A stretch of 64,000 nt of DNA, from NCBI GenBank assembly GCA_036419695.1, contig CP143946.1, forward strand, positions 3,895,935-3,959,934. The letters are read 5' to 3'. This stretch comes from [Clostridium] symbiosum. GTDB lineage: Bacteria > Bacillota > Clostridia > Lachnospirales > Lachnospiraceae. Numbering within the stretch: the stretch's first letter is position 1; each line of letters starts with the position of its first letter. This document shows positions 39,644-50,216 of this stretch, one piece after another. A program made the translations under genes and the position numbers. Below the pieces are notes generated by a model that was not told the DNA's origin, searched no databases, and was given only the letters and a program-made list of their open reading frames with translations.

Positions 39644-40642
39644 ATGAAAAAAATTATTTCTGTTTTCCTGACAGCCGCCATGACTGCAGCCGCCCTTTCC
39701 GGCTGTCAGGGTGGAGGGGCATCTGATGCTCTTACTCCGGTTACATTAAATGAAGTGGCTCACTCCATCTTCTATGCTCCTCAGTATGCTGCCATCGAAC
39801 TGGGGTATTTCAAAGACGAAGGGATTAATCTTACCCTTGTCAACGGCGCGGGCGCCGACAAAGTCATGACTGCCCTGATTTCAGGGGACGCGGACATCGG
39901 TTTCATGGGCTCTGAGGCCAGCGTTTACGTCTACCAGGAAGGTTCCGAAGACTATGCGGTCAATTTTGCCCAGCTGACCCAGCGCGCCGGAAACTTTCTC
40001 GTTGCCCGCGATCCCCAGGAAAACTTCTCCTGGCAGGATCTGAAAGGCAAAAAAGTATTGGGCGGCCGCGCAGGCGGAATGCCGGAGATGATTTTCGAAT
40101 ACATCCTGAAAAAGAATGGCATTGATCCAAAAACCGATCTGACCATTGACCAGAGCATCAACTTCGGCCTGACCGCCGCTGCCTTTACCAGCAATGATGC
40201 CGATTACACCGTCGAATTCGAACCGTTCGCCACAGGCCTTGAAAAAGAGGGCAACGGAACCGTCGTAGCCTCTCTCGGCGTGGATTCCGGCTATGTTCCT
40301 TACACCGCTTACTGTGTAAAGAAGAGCTATCTGGAAAAAAATCCTGAAACCATCCAGAAATTCACCAACGCAATCCAGCGCGGCCTTGAATATGTAAACA
40401 CACATTCCGCGGAAGAGATTGCGGAGACAATCAAGCCTCAGTTTAAGGAGACCGACACCGACACCATCGCGACTATCATTGAGCGTTACAAAGAGCAGGA
40501 TACGTGGAAAAATGATACCGTGTTTGAAAAAGAAAGCTTCGAACTTCTGGAGAACATCCTGGAAGAGGCCGGAGAGCTGAATGAGAGGGTTCCTTATGAG
40601 GATCTTGTGACTACGACATTTTCGGAAGAAGCAGGAAAGTAG
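39644..40642 (+). CDS. ABC transporter substrate-binding lipoprotein (NMT1/THI5 or SsuA-like), orphan
   Basis: Lipobox LSGC after signal peptide; NMT1-like periplasmic binding fold pattern; no adjacent permease/ATPase. Confidence 0.75.
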   Translation: MKKIISVFLTAAMTAAALSGCQGGGASDALTPVTLNEVAHSIFYAPQYAAIELGYFKDEGINLTLVNGAGADKVMTALISGDADIGFMGSEASVYVYQEGSEDYAVNFAQLTQRAGNFLVARDPQENFSWQDLKGKKVLGGRAGGMPEMIFEYILKKNGIDPKTDLTIDQSINFGLTAAAFTSNDADYTVEFEPFATGLEKEGNGTVVASLGVDSGYVPYTAYCVKKSYLEKNPETIQKFTNAIQRGLEYVNTHSAEEIAETIKPQFKETDTDTIATIIERYKEQDTWKNDTVFEKESFELLENILEEAGELNERVPYEDLVTTTFSEEAGK

Positions 40643-40650
40643 GTTGAAAA

Positions 40651-40745
40651 ATGAGGACGCGGCGGGACGGCTCGCTGAGCGGGGGTGATGAGTCTTCCAC
40701 CATCCCCATCCCCGGGCCGTCCCGCCCGCATCCTCATTTTTCTAC
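40651..40745. terminator. long imperfect inverted repeat (about 26-bp arms) between convergent genes
   Basis: AAAAATGAGGACGCGGCGGGACGGC ... GCCGTCCCGCCCGCATCCTCATTTTT. Confidence 0.55.
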
Positions 40746-41248
40746 TCAAACACCACCATCTTTTTGAGGGATTTCTCTACATCAATCACCGAAATGACCT
40801 TATCTTCCCCCTCAAACGCATGCTTGACGACAAGCATGATCCCATCGGCTTCCGGCAGTTCCCCTATCAGCTCACGATCGGGTGAGATACCCAGGATCCG
40901 CGGTTCCCCCTCGATCAGTAAACCGCATTCCAGGCCGCCCGCTCTCACGATCAGAACCAGCTTCTGCGAAGGAGCCTCCTGAGAAATTCCTCCGGCCGCC
41001 CGCATGGACACTACGGGAACTATATTACCTTTCCAGTTGCATACCCCCTCATAATAGGCGGGCAGGCAGGGAATCTGCGTGATATGTGGCTCACGGATCA
41101 GTTCTTTTACACATTCCAGCTCAATTCCATAGTAGAAATTTCCCATATCGACTGCCATGAATTCCAGATTTTCCCGGAAATTGGCGGCTGTTTCAGCTCC
41201 TTCGTCAAAAAAAGCCATCCGGGCGCTCAGCCCGCTTATGTCACTCAT
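40742..41248 (-). CDS. cheW: chemotaxis protein CheW
   Basis: CheW-like domain; 8-bp overlap with cheA. Confidence 0.85.
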   Translation of the reverse strand: MSDISGLSARMAFFDEGAETAANFRENLEFMAVDMGNFYYGIELECVKELIREPHITQIPCLPAYYEGVCNWKGNIVPVVSMRAAGGISQEAPSQKLVLIVRAGGLECGLLIEGEPRILGISPDRELIGELPEADGIMLVVKHAFEGEDKVISVIDVEKSLKKMVVFE

Positions 41249-43373
41249 ACGATTTTACACCTCCCGCAACGCGGATTAAATCCTCTATGTCTAGCAGCAT
41301 ACAGATTGAACCGTCCCCAAGAAGGCTGCAGCCTGAAATTCCCGTATAATACCTGAAATGGGGGCCAAATATCTCAGGAAGCGGTTTCTCCACAAGGCTC
41401 ATCTGATCGACAATCCGATCGGCCAGGAGACAGGCCTCCCGGGAACTGCCCCTTACGTATGCCATCACGCGGCGTCCCATCCCCGTCTCTTCCATGCCGT
41501 AAAACCGGCGCAGGGAGATAATCGGGATATAGCGTCCTTCGTGCAGCCAGAATTCCTTCTCTCCCCGTCTTACAAGCTCTGTTTCTTCCGGAGGATAGGG
41601 GAAAAACTGTATCACCTGCCTGGCTGGGACGGCAAAACAATTGTCTCCCGCCAAAAGCCTTATACTGTCAATAATCGTCAGGGTCAGGGGCAGGTGGAGT
41701 ATAAACCGGCTTCCGCTTCCCTTTTTGCTTTCCAGGTGGAGGTGGCCTCCTAATTTTTCCACCATTTGGCGGACCACATCGAGGCCAACGCCTCTGCCCG
41801 AAAATTCATTGGCCTGCTCTCTTGTTGAAAAACCCGGCAGGAGGCAAAGTTCCATCAGTTCCGCCTCAGAATAGTCCGCCTCATTTCCGGTAAATAGATT
41901 CTTATCTTTCGCTTTTCTAAGCACCTTCTCCGTATCGATTCCGCAGCCGTCGTCCTGGACGGATACACAGATTTCTCCGCCCATATTTTCAAAGCTCAGC
42001 GTTATCTGCCCGGTCTGGCATTTTCCTGCCGCTTCACGTTCTTCCGGTGTCTCGATGCCATGATCCACGGCATTACGGACCAGATGAAGCAGCGGCTCCA
42101 GAATACTGTCCGCAATTTTTTTATCTACTTCCACATCCTGGCCCGTCACGGTGAATGTTATTTTCTTATTTTCTTTCCGGCTGATATCCCTGACCACGCG
42201 GCTAATCTGCGGGACAACACTGGAAAACGGTATCATACGGATGGAAATTACAAGTTCTTCCAATTCCCTTAAAAGACGTTCCAGTTGGCGTTTCTGGTTG
42301 TCTTCCCGCACTCCCGCTCCCGCGGAGCTGCTTCCGTATAAATCGGCGGCCTGGGCGGCTATCATCAGCTCTCCCGTCAGATTCTGAAGTTCGTCCAGGC
42401 GTTCCACCTTCACGTGGATAAACTCGCTCCCAGTCTGAGCTCCCCCATTCTGGCCCGCCTGTTTTACCGGTTTATCCGCCTCCTTCCGTCCTGCCGTATT
42501 TGCTGATTTATCTCCGGCTGCCGTCTTATCTGCGGTTTCCGCCGCCTCTTCAGCCGTATCCTTCAGCTCCTCCACCTCTTCGGCCGTATCCTTCTGCTCC
42601 GGTGCCTCAGTACAACCGGAAACTTTTTCCCCGGCGCCTGTCTCCGGCTGCCCGGACGCCGTCTTTGTACCTTCACCCGTCCCGGTCTGTCCCGGCATGG
42701 TTTCCGATGCGGTCACGCGGGCCACAAAGAGGGCTTCGGCCAGCTTATCGAACACCTGACCCGGGGTTTCCGAGAGGAAATGGATGTAAAATCCATGTTC
42801 CCGGATATAGTCCGCCGTACCCGGATCCGACTCCACATTCTCCGGAAAGGTCTGCATCTCGGTACAATCCTCTTTTATCTGGCGCGCCACCATATAAGCG
42901 CGGATATTCTCCATCTTGCAGCCTGCCTCAAACCTGATATGGGCGGTAAAATCCTTTTTCGCCTTTACTTTTGAGACCAGGGCATCTATCTTTTCGTCAA
43001 AGCCCTCCGGATCGTTTGGCTGGAACGTCTCCTCGTTCATCCTCCCCAGTTCGCCCCTGATAAAATCGGCGGCGGCAAAGATAAGGTCAAAGGTTTCCTG
43101 CTCAAAACCCCCGAGCCGGAACGGCTCTTCCCTGAATACAGCGAAAATATCCTCCAGGCGGTGGGCCAGCACCGACAAAGCAGTCAGTCCCATCATGGCC
43201 GAGGAACTCTTAATCGTATGCATTACACGGAAAATCCCGTTAATTTCATCTTTTGTAAGCGCCTTTTCCTGTTCCGCATTCAACAGAATTTCGTCTGCCT
43301 GGTCGAGAAGCTGGTTCGTCTCAAGAAGATAGATATCCAGCATATCTTCCATATCTGTATCAAAAAATCCCAT
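41241..43373 (-). CDS. cheA: chemotaxis histidine kinase CheA
   Basis: Hpt (FRVMHTIKSSSAMMGL), dimerization, HATPase (DDGCGID, GRGVGLDVV), C-terminal CheW-like domain; 710 aa. Confidence 0.92.
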   Translation of the reverse strand: MGFFDTDMEDMLDIYLLETNQLLDQADEILLNAEQEKALTKDEINGIFRVMHTIKSSSAMMGLTALSVLAHRLEDIFAVFREEPFRLGGFEQETFDLIFAAADFIRGELGRMNEETFQPNDPEGFDEKIDALVSKVKAKKDFTAHIRFEAGCKMENIRAYMVARQIKEDCTEMQTFPENVESDPGTADYIREHGFYIHFLSETPGQVFDKLAEALFVARVTASETMPGQTGTGEGTKTASGQPETGAGEKVSGCTEAPEQKDTAEEVEELKDTAEEAAETADKTAAGDKSANTAGRKEADKPVKQAGQNGGAQTGSEFIHVKVERLDELQNLTGELMIAAQAADLYGSSSAGAGVREDNQKRQLERLLRELEELVISIRMIPFSSVVPQISRVVRDISRKENKKITFTVTGQDVEVDKKIADSILEPLLHLVRNAVDHGIETPEEREAAGKCQTGQITLSFENMGGEICVSVQDDGCGIDTEKVLRKAKDKNLFTGNEADYSEAELMELCLLPGFSTREQANEFSGRGVGLDVVRQMVEKLGGHLHLESKKGSGSRFILHLPLTLTIIDSIRLLAGDNCFAVPARQVIQFFPYPPEETELVRRGEKEFWLHEGRYIPIISLRRFYGMEETGMGRRVMAYVRGSSREACLLADRIVDQMSLVEKPLPEIFGPHFRYYTGISGCSLLGDGSICMLLDIEDLIRVAGGVKSYE

Positions 43374-43378
43374 CTACA

Positions 43379-44317
43379 TCACACCCCTGTTTCCTTCTCC
43401 GCCCCAAAAAGCACCGCCCGGTTTTTTCCCGACGTCTTGCCATAATAGAGAGCCTTGTCGGCACAGTTCGTGTTATCATCGAAATCTTTTGATTTATCAT
43501 AAAGTGCGATTCCAAGCGTAACTGTGCATGTAAAATTCGTATCCCCGAACATAAACGGAAATTCTGCAATCTCTTTGCGGATTTCCTCACAGATTTCAAG
43601 CACTTCCTGTTTTGTGACCGCCATCAGGATCAGGAGAAATTCCTCTCCGCCCCAGCGCACCACCTTATGTCTCCGGCAGATGCTTTCCATGATATTGGCA
43701 ATACAGACGAGAACCATATCCCCCACCGAATGGCCGTAGGTGTCGTTAATCCGCTTGAAATTATCCACATCTACCATGACCAGGGCGTCGTCGCGGCCCT
43801 CTTCCTTCAAATCTTTCGCCAGCTTCTCCACGATAAAACGGCGGTTGTAAAGTCCCGTCAGCTCATCACGGAACGCCGCCCGGTTCAGCTTCTCCATATT
43901 CGCCTTGAGCGTCTCATTCAGGGAGCGGAGTTCATCCTTCTCCTGTTTGTCATGGAGATGGGCCTTGACTCTGGATCTCAGTTCTTCTGGAAGGAATGGT
44001 TTTCTGATATAATCGCAGGCGCCGAGGGAAAATCCTCTTGTTATGTCCTGTTCGCTGTCCTTTGACGTGATGAAAATAACCGGTGCACGGCCGTTTTCGT
44101 GATCCCTGATTTTCTGGAACAGGTCATACCCCTCCATATCAGGAAGCACCACATCAAGCAGAATCAGATCCGGCTGAATCTGATCCAGAATCTCCATTGT
44201 TTCCTTTGCCGAGTGCGCCTTGTGGATGGCCACCTCGTCACTCTTTAAAACCTTTTCTATCTGCTGGCAAATTAACAGGCTGTCATCAATCGCTAATATT
44301 GTCTGTCCGCTTCCCAT
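43379..44317 (-). CDS. response regulator with GGDEF output domain (WspR-like diguanylate cyclase)
   Basis: REC (ILAIDDS...LILLDVVLPDMEGYDLF...K) plus GGDEF with active-site RWGGEEF and DVDNFKRINDTYGH. Confidence 0.88.
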   Translation of the reverse strand: MGSGQTILAIDDSLLICQQIEKVLKSDEVAIHKAHSAKETMEILDQIQPDLILLDVVLPDMEGYDLFQKIRDHENGRAPVIFITSKDSEQDITRGFSLGACDYIRKPFLPEELRSRVKAHLHDKQEKDELRSLNETLKANMEKLNRAAFRDELTGLYNRRFIVEKLAKDLKEEGRDDALVMVDVDNFKRINDTYGHSVGDMVLVCIANIMESICRRHKVVRWGGEEFLLILMAVTKQEVLEICEEIRKEIAEFPFMFGDTNFTCTVTLGIALYDKSKDFDDNTNCADKALYYGKTSGKNRAVLFGAEKETGV

Positions 44318-44353
44318 TTCTCTTTCTCCTTCCATTTGTCAGGCGCCTGCCCG

Positions 44354-44836
44354 TCAAATTTTTTTTATCTCTCCGTTGACGGCTTTTATGGTTACCTCAC
44401 CCGTTACCGAGTCCAAAGTTACCGTTCTTCCGTAATCTTTTCCTGTATCTTCCGCAGTGATTTGAATTCCCAGGCGGCGCAGAGTCTCCCTGACCGCATT
44501 GACATTCCTCTCACCGATCCCTTCCATCGATCCTCCGGTGCGGAACATTCTGGCTCCGCCCACCAGCCTCGCGGTGATATCATCGCGCCCGGCTCCCTGC
44601 CGGAGCATGGAGTGGAGCAGGAGTTCACATCCACTGTCCGCAAATTTGTATAAATTCTGTCGGTCCACTGCATCTTCGTAAGACGGCAGCATGATATGGG
44701 CCATGCCTGCAATATGCTTTTTTCTGTCAAAAAGGCAGACGCCCACACAGGAACCCAGTGCATAAGTAATCAGTACCCCAGGCTCCTTCACCACAAGCGC
44801 ACAGGCAATCCCCACATTAACCGGACTATTTTTCAT
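44354..44836 (-). CDS. cheD: chemoreceptor glutamine deamidase CheD
   Basis: 160 aa, CheD pattern (ALGSCVGVCLFD, HIMLP). Confidence 0.85.
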   Translation of the reverse strand: MKNSPVNVGIACALVVKEPGVLITYALGSCVGVCLFDRKKHIAGMAHIMLPSYEDAVDRQNLYKFADSGCELLLHSMLRQGAGRDDITARLVGGARMFRTGGSMEGIGERNVNAVRETLRRLGIQITAEDTGKDYGRTVTLDSVTGEVTIKAVNGEIKKI

Positions 44837-45449
44837 ATTTCTCCTCTAGTATCGCAGCAATTTTCTCCAGGGATTCCTGCTCCGGGAAGAACAGGACATA
44901 GCCCTGCTCCGACAGTCCGCCGGTGCTGATTTCGGTTTCTATAAATAAAAGCTCTTCGCTGACATTTGCAATACGTATCATAGGAACGCTTAACAGCGCT
45001 CCCACCATATCCACATTTACATCTGGAACTGACACATCGATCGTAATATCCAGCATCTCCGCCAGGGCGCTGATATAACAGCAGCACATGATGTTGCCAA
45101 TCTCCTTAAATGCGGACAGGCTCATCTCGTCCAGCTCATAAATATTTTCTGTTTCACTCCCAAGCATTCCTTTTATGAGACTTTTTAAAAAGGATTCACT
45201 GCACAGGAACATGAACATCCCGCTGATATCGCCGGTCAAATCCATCAGCACTCCGGCTGCGGTATTTTCGGTTCCACCGAGAATATTGGAAACCTGTTCA
45301 AATCCCCTGATATTTACCGCCGGAATCTCCATTCCAATTGCGTGTCCCATCAGATCCGACAGAGCGGTCGCCGCCTTTCCGCTCCCAATATTGCCAAGCT
45401 CCCTGAGTATATCGCTCATACTGTCGTTTAAACTGTAATACTTCCCCAT
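44826..45449 (-). CDS. cheC: CheY-P phosphatase CheC
   Basis: CheC repeats (ELGNIGSGKAATALS; FKEIGNIMCCCYISALAE); start at MGKYY with GAGG RBS. Confidence 0.8.
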   Translation of the reverse strand: MGKYYSLNDSMSDILRELGNIGSGKAATALSDLMGHAIGMEIPAVNIRGFEQVSNILGGTENTAAGVLMDLTGDISGMFMFLCSESFLKSLIKGMLGSETENIYELDEMSLSAFKEIGNIMCCCYISALAEMLDITIDVSVPDVNVDMVGALLSVPMIRIANVSEELLFIETEISTGGLSEQGYVLFFPEQESLEKIAAILEEKYEK

Positions 45450-45530
45450 CCGCTGCCTCTTTTCTTTGCCTCCCATGGAAAATATCCCTGAAAGGCAGAT
45501 ACCTTTCTTTTATTGCGAAAATTAAACTTT

Positions 45531-47285
45531 CTATAATTCAAATTCCTCCACAAGCTGTTTCATAATCTGGGCCTGCGCCGACAATTCCTCACTGGCTGCG
45601 GCGCTCTCCTCAGCCGTCGCAGAGTTATCCTGCACGATTGAAATCACCTGCTCGATACTTTCCCTGATCTGAAGTACCGAATCCGCCTGCTGCACGGAGG
45701 CATCTGAAATGCGGTCAATCATGGTCAGGATTTCTCCGGTTCCATGCACCACCCGGTCAAAGGCTTCCGCCGTCTTACCTGCCGCGCCTGCGCCCTTGTC
45801 CACTTTATCCCCGGTCTGAGCCGCCAGTTCCGCCATCATTCTGGACGCCTCTCCCGTCTTAGCAGCCAGGTTGCGCACCTCGGCGGCGACAACTGCAAAT
45901 CCGCGTCCCGCTTCCCCAGCCCTGGCTGCCTCCACTGAGGCATTCAGCGACAGCAGATTGGTTTGGAACGCAATATCCTTAATCTCTTTCACAATCTTTC
46001 CAATTGTCTTTGAATTCTCACTGATATCTCTGATTGCCTCCAGCATGGCCGCCTTCTGCCGGTCTCCCCCGGCGACGATTCCGTTCACCTCTTCGACCTT
46101 CCGGCTGGCCCTCACGGCATCATCGGCATTGTGTTTTACCTTATCAGAAATCTCATTGATGCTGGCCGCCAGCTCCTGCATCACGGCTGCCTGTTCCACA
46201 GAGCCCTGGGACAACATCTGCGCACTGCCCGCCACCTGCTCGGAACCGGCCGCCACCTGCTCGGACGTATTGGCAATCTGCAGAATCGCCCTGTTTAAAA
46301 GTTCCGTAATCTGCTCCATAGCCAGACCAATCGCGATAAAATCACCTTTATATGTAATCTCAGAATGATAGGTAAGCCTGCCGTTTCCAATGGCATATAA
46401 TCCCTTCTCTATTTCGTATACGTAAGTCTTTAGCGTCCCCAGGGTCTCTCTCATACTGTCCGACAGGGCGCCTAATTCGTCCCCCGATTCATAAGAAATG
46501 CATGCCTCCAGATTCCCCTCTGCCATCTGTCTGGCTGCCTCCTGTATTTCCTTTACCGGGCCTGTTATCCCTCTTGTGATGCGGATCCAAAGGAAGGTGG
46601 AAATCATGAGGACAATTGCAGCAAGTCCCGTGATAATGCTGTTCATCTGCCGTTTTACATCATGCCCGTCTTCCAGGTATCTCTGTGCCCGTTCCAGGGA
46701 TTTGTCCGCTATTTTCTGGAGATACTCCCTCTCCACCTTGGTATTGGGCTCATACTCGTTATCATAAAGAGCAATCGCCTCCTCATAGCGGCTTGCCTCG
46801 ATGAGTCCGATTGCTTCCGTTCTGATGGGATTAATCTTGTCCATCTGTTCCTTCAGGCCCACAAGAAGTTCATCACTTTCCAGATTTTCCGCCAGATAAT
46901 CATATCCTCTCAGCAGCACTGACTCCATTTCTCTGGCTTCTTTTATTTTTTCTATCTTTTCCTGCTCCGTAACTTTTGTGGCCACATCGAGTATGCATCT
47001 TCCGATTCCCTGGACGGAGGACTTCATATCCTGAGCCGTGTACGATATGGCGAACGCCTTCTTATAGAACGTATCCAGGGTCCTGGAGGTCTCTGTAATT
47101 CCAAACAGAGCCGCCGTAACCGTAACAATATACAGCAAAATAATTGACATATAGGAAACCAGTAATTTATTCCCTATCCTAAGATCCTTAAACTTCAGCT
47201 TTTTCATTTCCTTCTGTCTATTCCCTTCCACCAGGCTGTTCCGGATGCAGCTTTCAATCTGCATTCCCCGTTCCCGGCTTACCAT
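45531..47285 (-). CDS. methyl-accepting chemotaxis protein (start uncertain: 47285/47264/47207)
   Basis: TM, 4HB-like sensor, HAMP, MCP domain ([22 protein letters not shown]). Confidence 0.88.
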   Translation of the reverse strand: MVSRERGMQIESCIRNSLVEGNRQKEMKKLKFKDLRIGNKLLVSYMSIILLYIVTVTAALFGITETSRTLDTFYKKAFAISYTAQDMKSSVQGIGRCILDVATKVTEQEKIEKIKEAREMESVLLRGYDYLAENLESDELLVGLKEQMDKINPIRTEAIGLIEASRYEEAIALYDNEYEPNTKVEREYLQKIADKSLERAQRYLEDGHDVKRQMNSIITGLAAIVLMISTFLWIRITRGITGPVKEIQEAARQMAEGNLEACISYESGDELGALSDSMRETLGTLKTYVYEIEKGLYAIGNGRLTYHSEITYKGDFIAIGLAMEQITELLNRAILQIANTSEQVAAGSEQVAGSAQMLSQGSVEQAAVMQELAASINEISDKVKHNADDAVRASRKVEEVNGIVAGGDRQKAAMLEAIRDISENSKTIGKIVKEIKDIAFQTNLLSLNASVEAARAGEAGRGFAVVAAEVRNLAAKTGEASRMMAELAAQTGDKVDKGAGAAGKTAEAFDRVVHGTGEILTMIDRISDASVQQADSVLQIRESIEQVISIVQDNSATAEESAAASEELSAQAQIMKQLVEEFEL

Positions 47286-47300
47286 ATATCTCTTCTAAGC

Positions 47301-47666
47301 CTATGCCTTCAGATTGGCTTTGACCATCTGAACCAGCATCTCATCTTTAAATGGTTTTACGATAAAATCCCTGGCTCCCCTCTGAATTGCCTGGGCAATG
47401 ACCGCTTCCTGTCCCAGAGCGGAACACATGATGACTCTTGCCCCGGGATCTTCGGTCAGGATATCATCAAGGACCTCCAGACCGGTCCGCTCCGGCATTG
47501 TGATATCAAGAAGCACCAGATCCGGCCGGATCTCCTTATAGCGTTCCAGCGCCTCTCTTCCATCGCCAACCTCTGTGAAATTCTCATATCCCGCTGTTTT
47601 AAGCGCCCTTTTAATTACCATCCTCATAAACATTGCATCATCTACAATCATTATCTTTGTTTCCAT
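47301..47666 (-). CDS. cheY: chemotaxis response regulator CheY
   Basis: 121 aa single REC (MIVDDAMFMR...LLDITMPERTG...K). Confidence 0.9.
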   Translation of the reverse strand: METKIMIVDDAMFMRMVIKRALKTAGYENFTEVGDGREALERYKEIRPDLVLLDITMPERTGLEVLDDILTEDPGARVIMCSALGQEAVIAQAIQRGARDFIVKPFKDEMLVQMVKANLKA

Positions 47667-47672
47667 CCGGTT

Positions 47673-48689
47673 TTATCTCCTTCCTTTCCTCCGCATCTGT
47701 ATACAAAAGCGTCTTATTTCTCCGGACATACTGTCTAAAGGAAGCTGCTTCTGCGCGCCTCCAAGCTCAAACGCCGCCGAAGGCATATTGTAAATTTCAC
47801 TCGTCCTCCTGTCCTGGACAACAGTATAGGCTCCCGCATTTTTCATTTCCAGCAGGCCTTTTGCTCCGTCGTCTCCCATACCGGTCAGAATCATTCCCAT
47901 GGCATTCTCCCCCGCCGCACCGGCCAGGGAAGAAAATAGATAGTTGACCGACGGAGCAAAGCCGTTTACTTTCTCTCCCGGAATATTTCTGACGACATAT
48001 CCCATACCGCTCCTGCCGACGCTCATCTGGCAGCCGTCGGAGGCCAGATAAACCGTCCCGTCCTGTACCATCTCTCCCGTCTCAGCCTCTTTTACCTTCA
48101 TCTTAATCTGTAAATCCAAATATTGTGCAAAACTTTTCGCAAATCCCCTGCTCAGATGCTGTACGAGCAGAATCCCGCAGGTGTCCTCCGGCAAATCTTT
48201 TAAAACTCTGAGAAGCGCCTTGGGCCCTCCGGCCGATGAACCGATTCCCACTAAAAAGCGGCTGTTTTTATCTTCCCGTCCGTACAACAGATTTCTTCCC
48301 GCTTTTGAATTTCCCACTTTAATCCTGATGAGCAGTTCCCTTGCAAACAGGTCTCTTCCCCGTTCCGTATCCATGGATGTCATCGTTAGAAAGTCACATC
48401 CGCTTTTACGGGCAAAATCTTCTCCGGCTCCATCCCCGCAGACGGCGATGATATAGTTTTCCTTTTTCCCAAATGTATGGACAGACTTGTACTCCCTCTC
48501 AAAAAATGCCGCGGTCTCGCATCCCAGAATAACCGCACCGTACTCTGCGGCAGGCGAAATTCCCTTCCGCCACGCGCCGGCTCTTAAGACAGAGGCCGAT
48601 ATTCCCCCACTCTGCAGCGCGTTTCTGATCGTTTCCTGTATCCTTACGGTCTCCGCAACAATTGCAACCCTGATTTCTTCCATACGCAT
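47673..48689 (-). CDS. cheB: chemotaxis methylesterase CheB with degenerate N-terminal receiver
   Basis: CheB catalytic domain (GIGSSAGGPKALL, MGMILTGMGDDGAKG); N-terminal 130 aa lacks canonical REC Asp/Lys residues. Confidence 0.82.
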   Translation of the reverse strand: MRMEEIRVAIVAETVRIQETIRNALQSGGISASVLRAGAWRKGISPAAEYGAVILGCETAAFFEREYKSVHTFGKKENYIIAVCGDGAGEDFARKSGCDFLTMTSMDTERGRDLFARELLIRIKVGNSKAGRNLLYGREDKNSRFLVGIGSSAGGPKALLRVLKDLPEDTCGILLVQHLSRGFAKSFAQYLDLQIKMKVKEAETGEMVQDGTVYLASDGCQMSVGRSGMGYVVRNIPGEKVNGFAPSVNYLFSSLAGAAGENAMGMILTGMGDDGAKGLLEMKNAGAYTVVQDRRTSEIYNMPSAAFELGGAQKQLPLDSMSGEIRRFCIQMRRKGRR

Positions 48690-48694
48690 TTCCT

Positions 48695-49504
48695 CTATTT
48701 TCTATAGACAGCCGGGCGCACATAAGTAAGCAGCTCCTGGTCTCTGGGAAGCAGCTCGGTATGGCCCACAAACAGATAGCCGCCCGGTTTCAACGCCCGG
48801 TTTAAATTTTCTATTAATTTTTTACGCGATGCATCGTCAAAATAGATCATGACGTTGCGGCACAGAATCAGATCAAAGCGTTCAATCCCCACATTGGGCC
48901 TCAGAAGATTCATAATCTGAAATCTGACCTTTTCCGTGAGCTTCGGGATAATTGTGAAACTGCCTTTGTCCTTTTCTTTCCTGCAGTACTTCTGCTGCCA
49001 GAACAGCGGTATCACATCCAGTTCACTGATCGGGTACCGTCCTTCTTTTGCCTTCCCTATCACACTCTCCGAAAGATCCGTGCCCAGGATTTCAAAAGAG
49101 GGGAGAAATCCCCCTCCGTCGGTATAATTTTGAAGCAGCATCGCCAGCGTATAGCACTCTTCCCCGCTGGAGCAGCCGGCAGACCAGACTCTGAACGGAG
49201 ACTTCGCTGTTTCCGGCCGGATATCGGGAAGTATATTCTGCTCAAGAAATTCAAAATGTTTCGGTTCCCTCATAAAATATGTATAATTCGTCGTAAGGCG
49301 GTTCAGCAGGGCGGCCCTCATCCTTCCGGTTCTGTCCGCCTCCATCATCTCCATATATTGTTTCAGGGAGGTAATTCCGTTCTTTTCCATTTCCTGGCTC
49401 ATCCTGCACTCCGCAATGACCCTCTTTTTGGAAAGATCGATTCCGTAGTGTACCTTCATATAATTTATCAGAAGTTCAAACTCCTTACCCGTAAACCGTA
49501 TCAA
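48695..49504 (-). CDS. cheR: chemotaxis methyltransferase CheR (TTG start after GGAGGTG RBS)
   Basis: CheR N-terminal and SAM-MTase domains (RVWSAGCSSGEECYTLAMLL). Confidence 0.82.
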   Translation of the reverse strand: MIRFTGKEFELLINYMKVHYGIDLSKKRVIAECRMSQEMEKNGITSLKQYMEMMEADRTGRMRAALLNRLTTNYTYFMREPKHFEFLEQNILPDIRPETAKSPFRVWSAGCSSGEECYTLAMLLQNYTDGGGFLPSFEILGTDLSESVIGKAKEGRYPISELDVIPLFWQQKYCRKEKDKGSFTIIPKLTEKVRFQIMNLLRPNVGIERFDLILCRNVMIYFDDASRKKLIENLNRALKPGGYLFVGHTELLPRDQELLTYVRPAVYRK

Positions 49505-49808
49505 ACCGCTCACCTCCGGACAAATCGTCTGCCAGCAGGCCGCAGACACTGCCGTCTTCCCGGACCACCAGTACGGCACACTCAAACTCCTCTTTGTGCT
49601 GCGCTCCATCCAGATATTTTACAGGGATAAGCCGGCCATGGAAATATATCATGCCCGCAATACCGTCCGGCGCTCCCGGTACTTTAATCACACGGGGCTT
49701 CGGCAGGATTCTTCCAATCTGTTCCATCAAAACCTCCCCATATCCTTCCCCGGAGTATAATCTGAGAATCTCTCTTTTCTCTTCCACCATCTTCGCTGCC
49801 TCCGTCAT
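49485..49808 (-). CDS. short CheW-like domain protein
   Basis: About 107 aa CheW-like (RVIKVPGAPDGIAGMIYFHGRLIPV); ATGA overlap with upstream gene. Confidence 0.65.
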   Translation of the reverse strand: MTEAAKMVEEKREILRLYSGEGYGEVLMEQIGRILPKPRVIKVPGAPDGIAGMIYFHGRLIPVKYLDGAQHKEEFECAVLVVREDGSVCGLLADDLSGGERFDTVYG

Positions 49809-50191
49809 AAAAATAAGTCCGGCTCTATGACAAACGCCCATGCATCCAGGCTCTCCATATATGCCGCTCTCCTGAGGCGGGAACCGTTCCCGCCCGTCAC
49901 CTCTTCCGGCATCTCCTTCAGAACGGCGGATTCCAGTTCAAAAATCCCCATGATTTCATCGGCCCGGAATCCGTAGAGGCAGTCCTCCCGGTTCAGGAGT
50001 ATCATATAGTTCCCACAGACACCGGCGTTTCCTCCCCACAGACGGCACAGATCAAAGAAGCACACCTCATTGCCGCCGTAGGCAGCCTTACCTTCTTCGT
50101 CTGTCTTTCCCGGAAGAATATGCTTTACCAGCTCAAGCGGAATCAAAAAAAGAGCAGCTTCTAATTCAAAACACAAAAATGTTTTTGTCAT
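49805..50191 (-). CDS. CheW-like domain protein
   Basis: About 128 aa CheW-like; first gene of che operon. Confidence 0.65.
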   Translation of the reverse strand: MTKTFLCFELEAALFLIPLELVKHILPGKTDEEGKAAYGGNEVCFFDLCRLWGGNAGVCGNYMILLNREDCLYGFRADEIMGIFELESAVLKEMPEEVTGGNGSRLRRAAYMESLDAWAFVIEPDLFL

Positions 50192-50216
50192 AAAGCCCCT
50201 CCTTTTCACAATTTCT

